A stretch of 62,905 nt of DNA, counting the filler, from Choristocarpus tenellus KU-1152 (lineage: Eukaryota > Protista > Phaeophyceae), in NCBI GenBank assembly GCA_964200185.2. It is 9 parts of 9 records of this genome, joined end to end, with 100 filler letters (N's around TTAATTAATTAA, not from the genome) between each part and the next. Parts side by side here need not be neighbours in the genome. Positions count along the whole stretch, not along the records: positions 24,961 to 35,843 come from CAXNAD020002649.1; positions 35,944 to 38,561 come from CAXNAD020026225.1; 7 more parts are not named here. One strand, written 5' to 3'. The notes under the pieces were generated by a model that saw only the letters and a list, made by a program, of their open reading frames with translations, did no database searches and was not told the origin of the DNA. Shown here piece by piece: positions 25,117 through 36,768 of the stretch; within the stretch, counting starts at the first letter, position 1; each line of letters starts with the position of its first letter. Position numbers and translations under genes: made by a program.

Positions 25117-28100
25117 CTTGGGGTTGTAGAGATCAGTGGCCAGTCCCCTGAAAAACTCCAGCTCCACCCCGTCATCCGGTGCCGCCACCATCTTGGCCAT
25201 TGCCTGAACGTACCAAAAAGGAGGCAGTGAACTGAGTTGCTACAGACTCAAGTTCATTCCAACTATGATATGGTTGCATTCTAAGCTGGGTTTGCTAGCC
25301 ACAGGTATGGCGGTTGCTATTCTGGAGCTCTATGCATAGGAATAGTACTGCGGAGACACAAACACGCACACACACATATCATGTCCCTTCAAGGTCCTGA
25401 TAAAATTTGGATAAATTCACATGCCTTCCTCCTTGGTATATTCCATATCAAGAGTGGGGTGCCTCTATGTCAACAATTGCAGCCTCGCCAAATGTTTGGT
25501 TCTTCAGAGATATCATTATACAAAACATGTCATGGTTGGTTGGCCAGTGGAATCAGTTCAATGTGTCAGAATCCTAACTCAGAGTTGGCTCATTCTATTT
25601 TATTTTTTAAATAGACATTTAAATTTCACCCTGTGCTTGCCCGTCCGTCTCTCCCCTTACAGACATCTTCTGTTTGTCTACCTGGGTAGCCCCCTCGTTC
25701 AAAGACACTACATCAGAACGGGCATCACACACGATTCAACTGCGGTGAAGTACTCAGGGCACCAAAACAGTACACTTTCTCTTCCACCACAGAGAGGTCA
25801 TCTTGAACCTTGGCATAAAAAAAAAAACCTTTCGGGGAAATAAGACCGCAGAGCGATCGACCCCAACAAGGGGGAACAAAACTGATCGAGGAAACGAAGT
25901 GTACTGGAAGAATCGTTGAGTGATGAGGCAGTAGTTGCAACAACCGCAGAATAAAAAGTAGCTCCTAACTTCTAGAGCTAGAGGTTCAGGCAAGAAGTAA
26001 TGCTTAGACAGGGGAAGGGTTAGGACACACTGTTAGTACTACCACATAATTTAGGACTTGTGTTCACGAGTAGGGTTAGGGCTGGGACCTTCACACAGAA
26101 TCTATGGGACTTTGAGGGAGGCCAACAAAGGCGGAGCTGTGTGTAAAAAAGAAAAAGGGATGGCGTGTGTCGAGCTTTACGTACATGGCACGTTTGTTCA
26201 CCATTAGAAAAAAAAAAAAAACGCCCCAAAAAATGTGCTTCGCGTTTATATTTTCCAATAAATATTTCTGTTGATGATGTAAGGGCAGACTTTCTGTTTG
26301 TGTACAGCCACGAAAATTTCAAAACGATTTTCTTTTCAAAATACGGAGAGCGTATGTTTCCAAGCAAAAGTTTCGAACAACGCCTTCGAAATATTTCATA
26401 TTGTGGAGGTAAGGTAAGAGTATATAATACCTCTGGACAGGTATGTACTATTGATTGGGACATTTTTCCATAGAAACTCACTCCCATCAACGATCTTTTT
26501 CAAACCGATTTCACCACTCCGAAGAGTGCAGTCCAACATCAATAATTTCCAACATCACATTCAAGTAAATATTTTAGAGGTTTTGGGGGAAGGCAGAGGA
26601 CCTTGAAGGAGTGTGGAACCAACACCCTTCATTTGAAATCCAACCCAGTGAAGACCCCTTCGAGTCACAAACCAGGAAACACATTGGTCAGAGGATGCCC
26701 AATACTACCAAATGCTGGAAGAAGGGAAGCATTTTGTGGAGCTGCTTCAAGGCATCAAGAAGGACTTCCATCACAGCAATGTAAGTCGAAAGATATCTGA
26801 GAGCAATATTCCGACAGCAATATATATATATATCACAGCAATATTCCGACCACCTCAAGGCCTTGGAATGTCTACAAGACTCAGAAGGACGCTGGTGATA
26901 CAGATCCCATCATTGACTGGAGTCGGAAGGAGGATTCCGACCGTAAAGATAACTGACAATTTCAATGACGTTTGAGATGCCCTCAAAATGACCACCTTTA
27001 AAAAAAATAAATCCTGATACAGCGCTTGTGTGCTGCGGCAACTCAGCTGGGTATCTTGCTGCCCACTCTACACGATAACATCAAAGAAGCTTGGGTTTTA
27101 AGGGCATGTTCGACCTTACATTTAATTCGTTCCTTGCTGGTGAGTGCATGTTGCAAAGGCTGAGGTAAGCAACACACTGGATCCCTGAAGGACCAGGAGG
27201 TTGGAAGGCCTCCCACCAAATTGAAAACATGGTCTATTTCTCGAAAAGTGGTTTTTCATCCATATGGACAATCAGAAGAACCTGCAATATTATTACCTCT
27301 CTCATCAGGATGAGTCTCCTGCCTTTAAGGTGCAACACAAGGCCAACACTACCTACTGAATAAACACTAGACTTTGGTATGTAAGTATGTATCCAAATCT
27401 GTGCTGCACTCCTGCCTAGAGGTGGTAGTAGTAACGTGGGAAGTGAAATCACCAATACTTTCCACAAATAAATCGATATTCCCGTTTCATACACTGATAG
27501 GTAGGAACACAGGGTAGTCTGCTCCAGAGACTCTGTTCTCATGAGGGGATAAGAAACGTTGTTGGTAGCAATGTTGGCTATAAAGTTGTCTCCATGACGA
27601 CCAGGTTGAGTTGACAGTCAAGCACATCCAAAAGGGTTGACACAACAAATTGCAGCACACACTTGGGAAAACAGAAGGCATCGTAGGGACAGAGAGGGCA
27701 GATGAGAGAGATACCGTAAGGCTTGGATTCAAAGTTACCTCATCGAAGTCCATACCCTTGACACTCTCCCCTTGCACCTTCAACACCTGATCTCCAATTC
27801 GGACATTTCCTGTAGCCTGGAGGAGTAAGTATTAAAAGGGGGATAAGGAAAAAGTCAACAATACCCGCAATAAAAATGTGACTCATGTTGGACCGGATCA
27901 ACCTTACCCTTAACCTTGTCAATTTCCACGGATCATGCAGCGTGATCCCTCTCCCTTTTTACCTCATATTCCACCCCATCCCCCCAATCCGTTGTAACTT
28001 GCAACGAAGTATCCCACGCACCTGCGCGGAACCTTGGGCTGACACTTCCCTGACGCGGAGACCTCCGAACCCCGATCCATTCTCCTCGAGCACGAGTCCC

Positions 28101-28770
28101 ATTGGCTTTGCCAGGGTTAGCTGATACGTTTCAGACTCCGCCATACGTAAACCTCCACCAGACACCCGCCTCGCTGTGGACCGAGCATACTGGGACACAA
28201 AAGGACGACCCGAAACCGGGACAGCTGGACTGACGTAACCAGAAGACGAAATGCCTGTGGAGGGAACACTGGAGGGTATGTACGAGGACGGAGCCTGGCA
28301 GGTGCCACAACAGGTCGTGGGTATTTCGATATAAGGGATAATCTTAAGGTTATAGAGTGCTACAAGAAAAACTATTTCCTACGCCTTCATTCGTTTCATG
28401 CTCTTATGGTAGATTCGAATCATCGGTGAAGCAAATGGCATGAGAGACTCAATTCGTCGGTTCCAGCAGAGATTTGTTTCACTTTGCAAACCCGCTGCTC
28501 AACCCAGAAACTGCTATACAGCAAACTTCGACGAAAGCGATATGTGCAGACCGTATAGATTATACTCAAGATTTACTACCACGGTGACTTTGCGCCATCG
28601 CAGGCGGTGGTAACCATGATCTGGTGGGAGACTCTGCACACAGAAAATAGAAAAGACTTTCGTTTCCATTACCATAGTACCTTACACGGGGCCAGCACAA
28701 ACGCCGACCCACCCGCGACGAAAGGGAGACCGCCAACAAGAGCTCTCCAGACTGCACCGGAACCAGTCAT
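25117..28770 (-). CDS. Plastid-targeted PDZ-like domain protein, 5' part; exons 28770-28686, 28254-28022, 27816-27739, 25203-25117
   Basis: Spliced: MTGSGAVWRALVGGLPFVAGGSAFVLAP|CISSSGYVSP..RMAESETYQLTLAKPMGLVLEENGSGFGGLRVREVSAQGSAQ|ATGNVRIGDQVLKVQGESVKGMDFDE|AMAKMVAAPDDGVELEFFRG. All junctions are GT/AG and in frame. Signal peptide plus ASAFAP-like motif (GSA-FVLAP); PDZ signature KPMGL...GD.V..V.G. Confidence 0.85.
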
Positions 28771-29290
28771 ATTCCGTGAAGGCAATTGTACAATCCTCTC
28801 AGTTGTGGTGGCTTGAGTTCATTGATGTTCATGTTAAAAAAAGACTTACAAAACGCCTGGGAAGTATATTTCAAGTTGTAAAATCTAATGTAGAATTAGT
28901 TGTGTTTGGTACTACTTCCTATACAACCTCAATCTGGGAAAGGAATATATGCACTGGTACCTTGCTTGGTGTGTTAGAGCATGAATTTGATTCGCCGGGA
29001 TGCTTGCTCTTGTCCTTCTTGGGTGGCCATAGGGGTAAACCCTTCGATCTGCTGCCAAGTTAAATTAGTACTCCTGTGTAACTAACTATACGTGATCTTT
29101 GTTGTCATTGTTGTAACATACTCGTCCATTCCTGTCTTTGGATCAAATAACTCTCTTTGCGTGTCTTACACTTAAACATTCTTTATGGGCTGCTCGTGTG
29201 TCTCTCATATGGTAACTCACGCTACCGGCATGGTCTCTCCCAGGGGTTGACGCTACTGCAACTATCAATTTGACACAATTCAGCGCGAAA

Positions 29291-31221
29291 ATGAGAGGAG
29301 TGGTCAGAATTGGTGGTTGCGGATGCCATGCCTTTGTGGCATCCCCCGTCCATCTCTGCGTGAAGTCTGCCCAGGATCACCATAATCGCCTGTGTCAAAC
29401 TTCGTCATCACCTATCAGCATGTCTGTGTACGACATGATCGGCGCCGACGTGGAGACAGCAGGTCTATGGGATCCTCTAGGTGAGAATGCTTTGTGTTGG
29501 AACATACCTCCAGAAAATCGGTGTACTCGCGTTCACCGAGGGCGCTCTTCCCTCTTTCAACTTGGTACGCCCTGTTTCGAGTTACATTTCTCTACCCCTT
29601 CGTCTAATTTCCAATCACAAGACCTCTCCGATCTTCATATTCGTGTTATGGCCTGAACCTCATTCTCCAACGTACTCTTTTTTCTACCAGGATTCTCAAC
29701 CGATGAACCTTCACTGTTCCGGCGACGTGCGGTGGAGCTGAAACATGGACGGGTCAGTATGCTAGCTGTGGTTGGGGTGATCGTCCAGTCCTTTGTCCAC
29801 CTTCCACATCCACTATTTTCCAACCCCCTCCCCCTTGCTGCGTTCATCGATATATGGAAGGAGGCAGCCCCAGCAGTGATGCTTGTATTGGTTTTGATTG
29901 GGGTCTTGGAACTCACTGTGGGAAAACAAGTGAGTATCTTCTATTTTCAAGGAGAATCGATGCTTACCAAGATTTTCTGGCAGGGGTGTGAACTTTCCAG
30001 GCCTCGCTGTCAGTCGATGCGACCTCTTTCTCAAGTGTGTAGAGAACCTACTAGTCCTTATTGGTCTTCCCTCCCCTGCCCAATCCTTTTAGTCACTCCG
30101 TGAGAGTCGCTTCTGGTATGCTATGTACAAATCTCTACACAGATGGTGAACACGACTCAACTCAAAAATCGATTCTAGTTGTAAGAGCACAACCTGTTCA
30201 GCACTGTTTACTGACCCTCACCCCCATCAAACACAGTGGTCTGCTTCCTGCTGCTGTCAGTCCACCAGTGCCTGCTCCAGCCTCTATTCACAGTCACACT
30301 CACTCCATCAACTCGCAATATTAAAATATTGTAGGACTCTTATTTGACAAAGCTGAGATGCCTAAGATAGTCACGAAGCAGGAAGATCATCCCTACCCAC
30401 TAAATTGCCAATCACCACTTGACAAAGGAACCTGACAAACACAGGATTATGTGGACATGGCACCAGGAGAACTCGGTGGATTTGGGTCTATTGCAAAGCC
30501 AGTGGACTTTCGAGAGTGGGACAAGGTCCAGCTGGCAGAGCTGAAACATGGGCGACTGGCTATGATTGCCATCCTGGGTATGCTTGTACAGGAACAGGTC
30601 ACAGGCGAAGGACCAGTGGAGCAGGTCATCAAAGGACATGTGAGGAGCTCCTTTCCTTGCTTACCATAAATATGACAATCGATTCCTTGCAAACAAGGAT
30701 CATATATTATTTTATATCAACACTGGTTGGTTATACTTACTATTTATAGCGGTTTGCTTTGACACCGGACTGCAGTTTAAGTACTTTGAAGTGCAGTAGA
30801 GCTGTACTCAATATCAGAGATGGTAATCTGTAGTATGTGTCCAGGAAACAAAGGAGCTTGATGCCACCCTTAATGCTTACTGTTTCCTGGACTTTGTACC
30901 TGTGCCATTTACCACTCCTTCTCAAACACAAGCATGCTAGCGCACCTAATGGATATCTTCTTGCTAACCCCACTGTCAGTGACAGTTGATTAACACATTC
31001 TTTAACTTCGTCCTATAAATTTCCATTTTTCTCAAAATATGTCCTAATATACTTCTCAGACTTCAAGTTTCACCCTCCACATGCCGTCATTGTGTTTTAA
31101 TCTGCTGCATGAATTTGGTAGAAAGAAAACTGGTGTTCTGGATTCTAGTCCTCACCCAACCTCTGCCATCTCACTCCCTCACCAGATAAATCCATTTGGA
31201 GACGGGCGTGGCTTCTTCTAA
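29291..31221 (+). CDS. Light-harvesting chlorophyll a/c(-fucoxanthin) binding protein, probably Lhcr-type; exons 29291-29480, 29691-29929, 30445-30639, 31186-31221
   Basis: WDPLG|FSTDEPSLFRRRAVELKHGRVSMLA (helix 1), IGVLE (helix 2), APGELGGFG..KVQLAELKHGRLAMIA (helix 3), C-terminus GH|INPFGDGRGFF*. Transit-like CHA-FVASP. Exact start codon uncertain. Confidence 0.93.
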
Positions 31222-31699
31222 CTGCGAGTGTGGCTGCATACTGTGATAGCAGCCTCCAGTCATGAAATGTATGCTCTGTGAACTAGATAGATAAAAGTGA
31301 GCGCTGTGGTTGTAGTGAAATTGCTGTTGAGTGTGCCATCAACACTAGTGTTGAACTCTCCAAAGATCGACAATATGTCTTGCAGGTGACCACCACGTTG
31401 TTGCAACCCCCATTCCCATACGGTTGGAATGCTATTCCATTAATGAAGGCATGAGCACAAAAATTTTGAAGTTTTACAGGAGAGCTGATATGCAATGATG
31501 AAGGAGATTGTAGTATTGTATTCCTTCTTCAGTCTTGATTTTCACATTTACTAATCTGAGATCTGTGTGTGTGTTTTATATGCTGTTTAATGGTAGGCAG
31601 GAGTTATACTCACTGAGAGGTATACACTTTTTGGATGTTTTGGGGCTGGGACTTGATGAGGACTCCTTCTTGGGTAGGTTGTCTACAGCATAATATTTG

Positions 31700-32660
31700 C
31701 TGTGTTGTGATCAGGGATGGAAAGACAGTGTCATCAAATTGTTTTCACAAGAAGACTGCTGAATGTGGCAACTACAGAGATATTTCACTGGTGACACAAG
31801 GCAGTCAAGTGCTCCTAAAAGTTGTTGCACAGCACCTGGGACTCACCACTGAGTGGGAGTACTTACTACCTGAGGAGCAATGTGGATTCCAAACTTGACT
31901 TCCATCAACCATTGACATGATGTTCATAGCACTTACCTTGCAGGGGCTTGTACACATATAGACTAACCCATTGCATGCAGCTTTCTTTGGACAATACTTG
32001 CCAACATGTTTTCGGTCATTTGCCGATTCATTATCAGAATGGAACCTGATAGAAAGTGCTAGGAATGGTTCGGTGTTGAACAAAGCCTCCATGAAGTGTG
32101 TCCTTGTTACAATGTTTGATCTCTTCTTTCCAAAGTGATTGAAAGGCTTAGTGCTAGAGATGGCATTCCTGAAGAAGACAATTAATATTCCGCGTCAGAA
32201 GAGCCTAGAAGAAATAATAGGCCATTGGGGAAAGAGGAGGGAGCAAAGAAATTTCTTGGCAGTTCGTACTGTGGTTCATGCTCTAAGTCAATAGTGCTGG
32301 CATTATGTGAAGGGCTCAAGAGATCTTGGTTAATACAGTAACTGTAAATATTACAGTATGCAAAGCATTTGGACTGCCATGTCAAAGGTGGAGACCATGT
32401 GCCTCCAGGTCTCCCACAAGCCAGCAGACACAATGCAAAACCAACATTGCAGTGCAGGGGCACAAGCAGAAAGATCAATTTGTTTATTTCAATCCTTAGT
32501 GATGGTGCTAACATCACCACTGAGATCCATCCCCAGATCCAAGAATTGTGTGGGCACTTCATGAAGGACAGTAAAGAGCTCTACAACAGAGTAGTTGGTG
32601 TAATACTTGAGCTGAAGATTCAGATGCTCAAGGTCAATGGTCTTGTTGTGTTGTATGATT
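31700..32660 (+). mobile_element. Degraded RTE-like LINE reverse transcriptase remnant
   Basis: [30 protein letters not shown]...STIDMMF and downstream EI..QI....F.....ELYNR....LELKIQMLK; stops and deletions. Confidence 0.8.
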
Positions 32661-33110
32661 GATTTGTACACTCAGGAAAGGTCACTTCACCCAGCTTCAT
32701 ATCCAGCACTTCAAGTTCCTCCAGTGGTGCATCAAGTTCTGTAAAGTGAAATCTTGTGAAACCTGGGTATGAGAGCATCAAGGTGACAATATTTATCTTA
32801 CACAAACGAAGGCTGTCATTTGCATATTTCGTGGGACACATGGGTGATACTCACTTCTCCCAGAACCTTGTTTGGGAAACATACAAGGGAGAGACCAAAG
32901 GGGAAGATGGGAGGGCTGGACAGGCTGTTGGTCGTATCTCCAAGAGTGTTTCAAGATAGGTTCGAACATTGCTGATGGCCTCAGACCAGCCCATTGTCAT
33001 ACGGCTGACAGTGGACATGCTAACTGCCCAGCCCGGTGAAACGCCCTATAGGTATCACGTCTAAGTTCAAGGACAAAAATAGCCCAAGGACAGCTTATCG
33101 AATCAAGTCC

Positions 33111-33369
33111 GAATCAAAGCATGTAAGAGGGTAGGGCCCCGTCCGTTTGGGGTCCAATATCCAATGTTGCGATTCCGATGTAATTTTGGCTATCGTGTTT
33201 GTTAGTAAGTTTTAATAACCTTGTTCCAGACACACCTTTCATAGTGGAACACATTTTACCTACTACCAAATGTTTCGAAAACGGACAAAGGACATAAAAA
33301 ACCCTTGGGGAGCCAAGCCCCAAACGGACAAACAGGGTAAACCCAGTACCCTCTAAGATATTTTCACTC
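33111..33369. mobile_element. MITE, hybrid (B-type left TIR, A-type right TIR)
   Basis: GAATCAAAGCATGTAAGAGGGTAG ... CCCTCTAAGATATTTTCACTC; no clear TSD. Confidence 0.8.
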
Positions 33370-33678
33370 CCTCTGTAATGTGAGATAAGCAGTGTTAATG
33401 ATGGGTTATACTGTGCCTGGAACTTACGTGAAATGTGTGGGGGGAAAGATCCGTCGTGTTAACTTGATGATTATATAGTAGTGTGTCGTACTGTTCCTGG
33501 AACATGGTGAGGTGTGGGAGAGGGCAGAAACAAGGCAAAAGAACACATGGAACATAAGAAATTGGTGGATGTGACACAAGGTACAGTATGAGGTGTGGTC
33601 TCTGGAAAATGAGGAGTGTCATACGGTGTTTCATACTGTTCCTAGAACATTGCCGAAGAGCAGGAGAGGGCAGAAACA

Positions 33679-33935
33679 GAGTCAAAGTATCTTAGACTGT
33701 AGAGCCGCGTCCGTTTGGGGGTCAAAATCCAATGTTGCGATTTTGATATAATTTTGGCTATCGTCTTTGTTAGGAAGTGTCAATATCCTTGTGCTGGACA
33801 AACCTTTTCATAACGTCTACATTTCACCTACTTTGAAACGTTTCGGAGTAGGTAAAATGTAAAAAGAAACGTGGGAAGCCAAGCTTCAAACGAACAAATA
33901 GGGCAAAATTCGTACCCTGTTAGATACTTTCAATA
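33679..33935. mobile_element. MITE family A
   Basis: GAGTCAAAGTATCTTAGA ... AGATACTTTCAATA; TSD AACA. Confidence 0.88.
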
Positions 33936-34199
33936 AACACCACACAAAAAAAGGTTTCCTTGTCTGTGAAGGAATTGGGGTCTAGAAATACTGAATGGTG
34001 TAAATATATATATATATTTCATTTTGAGGCTGAAAAATTGAAGCGAAAATCGTGGTTTCTGAAAATTGGCATTTTTTTTCTTCATAGACTGTCAGCTTGG
34101 GCCTGTTCTCCCGGTGTGTGCACGAGGAACCAAAACATATTATATCATGTACAGTTTAAATGTAATACCTCGTTTGTTTGCGTGCATGTGTTGGATTTG

Positions 34200-34436
34200 G
34201 TATGTAATAAGACGTGGTTGTCGCTGAGGGTGCTAGGGTTGAAGTTTTTGGTATGAAGTAAGGGAAAAGGGTCAGGTTTTGTTATCGGGTTAGTGTATTA
34301 TATCTCTCGTGTAAGAATTTAGTATGTAATAAGACGTGGTTGTCGTTGAGGGTGTTAGGGTTGAAGTTGTTGGTATGAAGTAAGGGAAAAGGGTCAGGTT
34401 TTGTTTTCTGGTTAGTGTATTATGTCTCTCGTGTAA
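34200..34436. repeat. About 122-bp direct tandem duplication
   Basis: gtatgtaataagacgtggttgtcg...tctctcgtgtaa occurs twice. Confidence 0.9.
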
Positions 34437-35079
34437 AGTGTGGACCGAATCTGGACGTGTATACGAGTGGTTATTGGTCAGGGTCTATTGTCGTACGTTT
34501 CTCTGAAAATATTTCAAGATACACTTCCAGACGTCCTGGGTTGGTGCTATGCTTAGGAGCATCGTGTGTGGACTTCGGTATATGATCCTCCAAGATTCGA
34601 AGGAGAACAAGATCGAATCTAGTTTGTCGACACTTGGACAAAGCGTGAGATGGTGCATAGAGTATTGAGAAGAAGGGGGGAGGTGCGTTATAGTGTTGAA
34701 GGAATAAATAGCGACTTTGATAAGGAAGGGTATCCGTCACATGCCTTGGCGAATTGTTTGGAAAGGTTAGCTGAGCAGATGGAGAAGAGTTGTTTGATTG
34801 ATGTATTATATTTTAGTCTAACCCTTGTAGCAGACACATTCTTTTAAACAAATAATAACATAGGTCTAATCCTCAACGTGAGTATGATATATGATACGCT
34901 GACGACTCTGACTGGTAGCGAGGTATCCGATACCACTATCTAAATGCATAACTCATGGAATGGAAAGTGCATGAACATGGTAGTCGGACACCAAGGCAAG
35001 GTACACTGATGCATAAATCACTACAACCTGTAACTCTACCCATACTTCCACAAAAAACCGAAACGACCGAAGTCCTATT

Positions 35080-35578
35080 TCAATTGGTGGGCGGACTCGA
35101 AATTGCATTCGTCCCCCTTCTCCCACCACTCTGTGAGCTTAGGATATGCCTCGCAAGAAGGTGCCATAGATTTAGGCGTTGGGAGTACCTGGCATTCCAA
35201 GGTTCGGGCTTCACGAGGCTCAAGAAGATAGCCTTCCTCACCTGGAGCACTTCCACATGCTCAGGATGCAATGTGTTGCCTGGCTTCCCTCCACGATCGC
35301 CGAGTTTGACTTGTGTGGGCTCGTGGACGTAGCATTCATCCCCGAAAACAAGAGAATCGTCCCCTTTACCGGCCTTGATGATCCTCAACCCATGGTCGTA
35401 TATGACTTGAGTGAGGATTTGAGTCTGCACTTGATACTGTGAAGAAGCAGGTTTCGCTGCCGATCGTAGGAGCTCGGTAACACACGCCTCCATGAAGGCT
35501 TCGGTGATCCCCACATCGGATGCATCGCCAGAGTCGGCCGCGTCCAGTGTGACGCAATCCTCGTCACCACGAGATGAT
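35080..35578 (-). CDS. Terminal exon of an unidentified protein
   Basis: GC-rich open frame of about 165 codons (GITEAFMEACVTELL..TQVIYDHGLRII..DECYVHEP..PWNARYSQRLNLWHLL) after an AG acceptor, ending in a stop; family not recognised. Confidence 0.6.
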
Positions 35579-35943
35579 CTTGTGCAATATAGGCTAGGCA
35601 GTCTATAGGGATTTATATATTTAGTGAACGATAGAGTACAACAGAAGTATTGACTGAGTGGAGTAAGGGTCAAGGATTTGATTCGGTGTGCTTTGAGTTG
35701 TAGGTGCTTTGAGTTGTAGGTTCTAGTCTCGATGGGTTGATTTCTTATTTTGTTCAATGCAAGTGGCTGACGTAGTGTGACTGACACAGACACATTTTGA
35801 CGTGTCTGATGACGTGCGCAATAGATAATAATACAAGGAAGAGNNNNNNNNNNNNNNNNNNNNNNNNNNNNNNNNNNNNNNNNNNNNTTAATTAATTAAN
35901 NNNNNNNNNNNNNNNNNNNNNNNNNNNNNNNNNNNNNNNNNNN

Positions 35944-36768
35944 GGGGGGATCATGGAGGCAATCGAGGAGGAGAAGGGGGACAACGTTGTCATAGAGACC
36001 CAGCCAGTCAACTCACCTGACCTCAACGTCAACGACCTGGGATTCTTTCATTCCATCCAGCAACTGAAGGAAGACATGGGGTTGCCCAACACAGAGGAGG
36101 TTGTTGAGGCCACAACGGAGTCGTTCAATGTGTACCCCTAGGAGGCACTAGAGTGCGTCCGGCAGAGCCTCTTCGCAGTCTATGGTGAAGTGCTGGGGTC
36201 CAAGGATGACAATGTCTTCAAAATTCCCCATCTTAGCAAGGAAGATACTGAGAAGGCGGGCAAACTCCCCCAAAATACCCTGGTGGATGCAGTGAAATAC
36301 CGCGCTGGAATATAATTTTGGAGGGCCTTGGGGGCAGAATCATAGATAGAGAGTAGGCAGCTCCATTATGGTTGAGATTTTGGTGGGCGACCTTTTTAGT
36401 GTCTGCACAATACACCCATAATGTATCATTTGAAAAACTATCTTGCTTCTTCATTGGATCTGGAAAAGAGTGAAAGTATCTTAGAGGGTACGAGTTTTGT
36501 TCTATTTGTCCATTTGGGGCTTGGCTTCCCTCGGGGTTTTTATGACATTGTCCTACTCCAAAATGGTTCGGAGTAGGTAAAATGTGTACGTTATGAAAAG
36601 GGGTGTTTGGAATAAGGATGTTGACACTTCCTAACAAACACGATAGCCAAAATTACATTGAAATCGCAACACTGGATTTCGGCCCCCAAATGGACGCGGA
36701 TCTACCCTCTAAGATACTTTGGCTCAAAGTTGCGTTACATTAAATCATTTAATTCCAAAAGGAGGAAG
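35944..36768 (+). mobile_element. Mariner 3' portion (same family as 18470-23803) carrying MITE A at 36468-36725
   Basis: QPVNSPDLNVNDLGFFHSIQQLKE; 3' TIR catttaattccaaaaggaggaag; truncated by the contig start. Confidence 0.9.
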
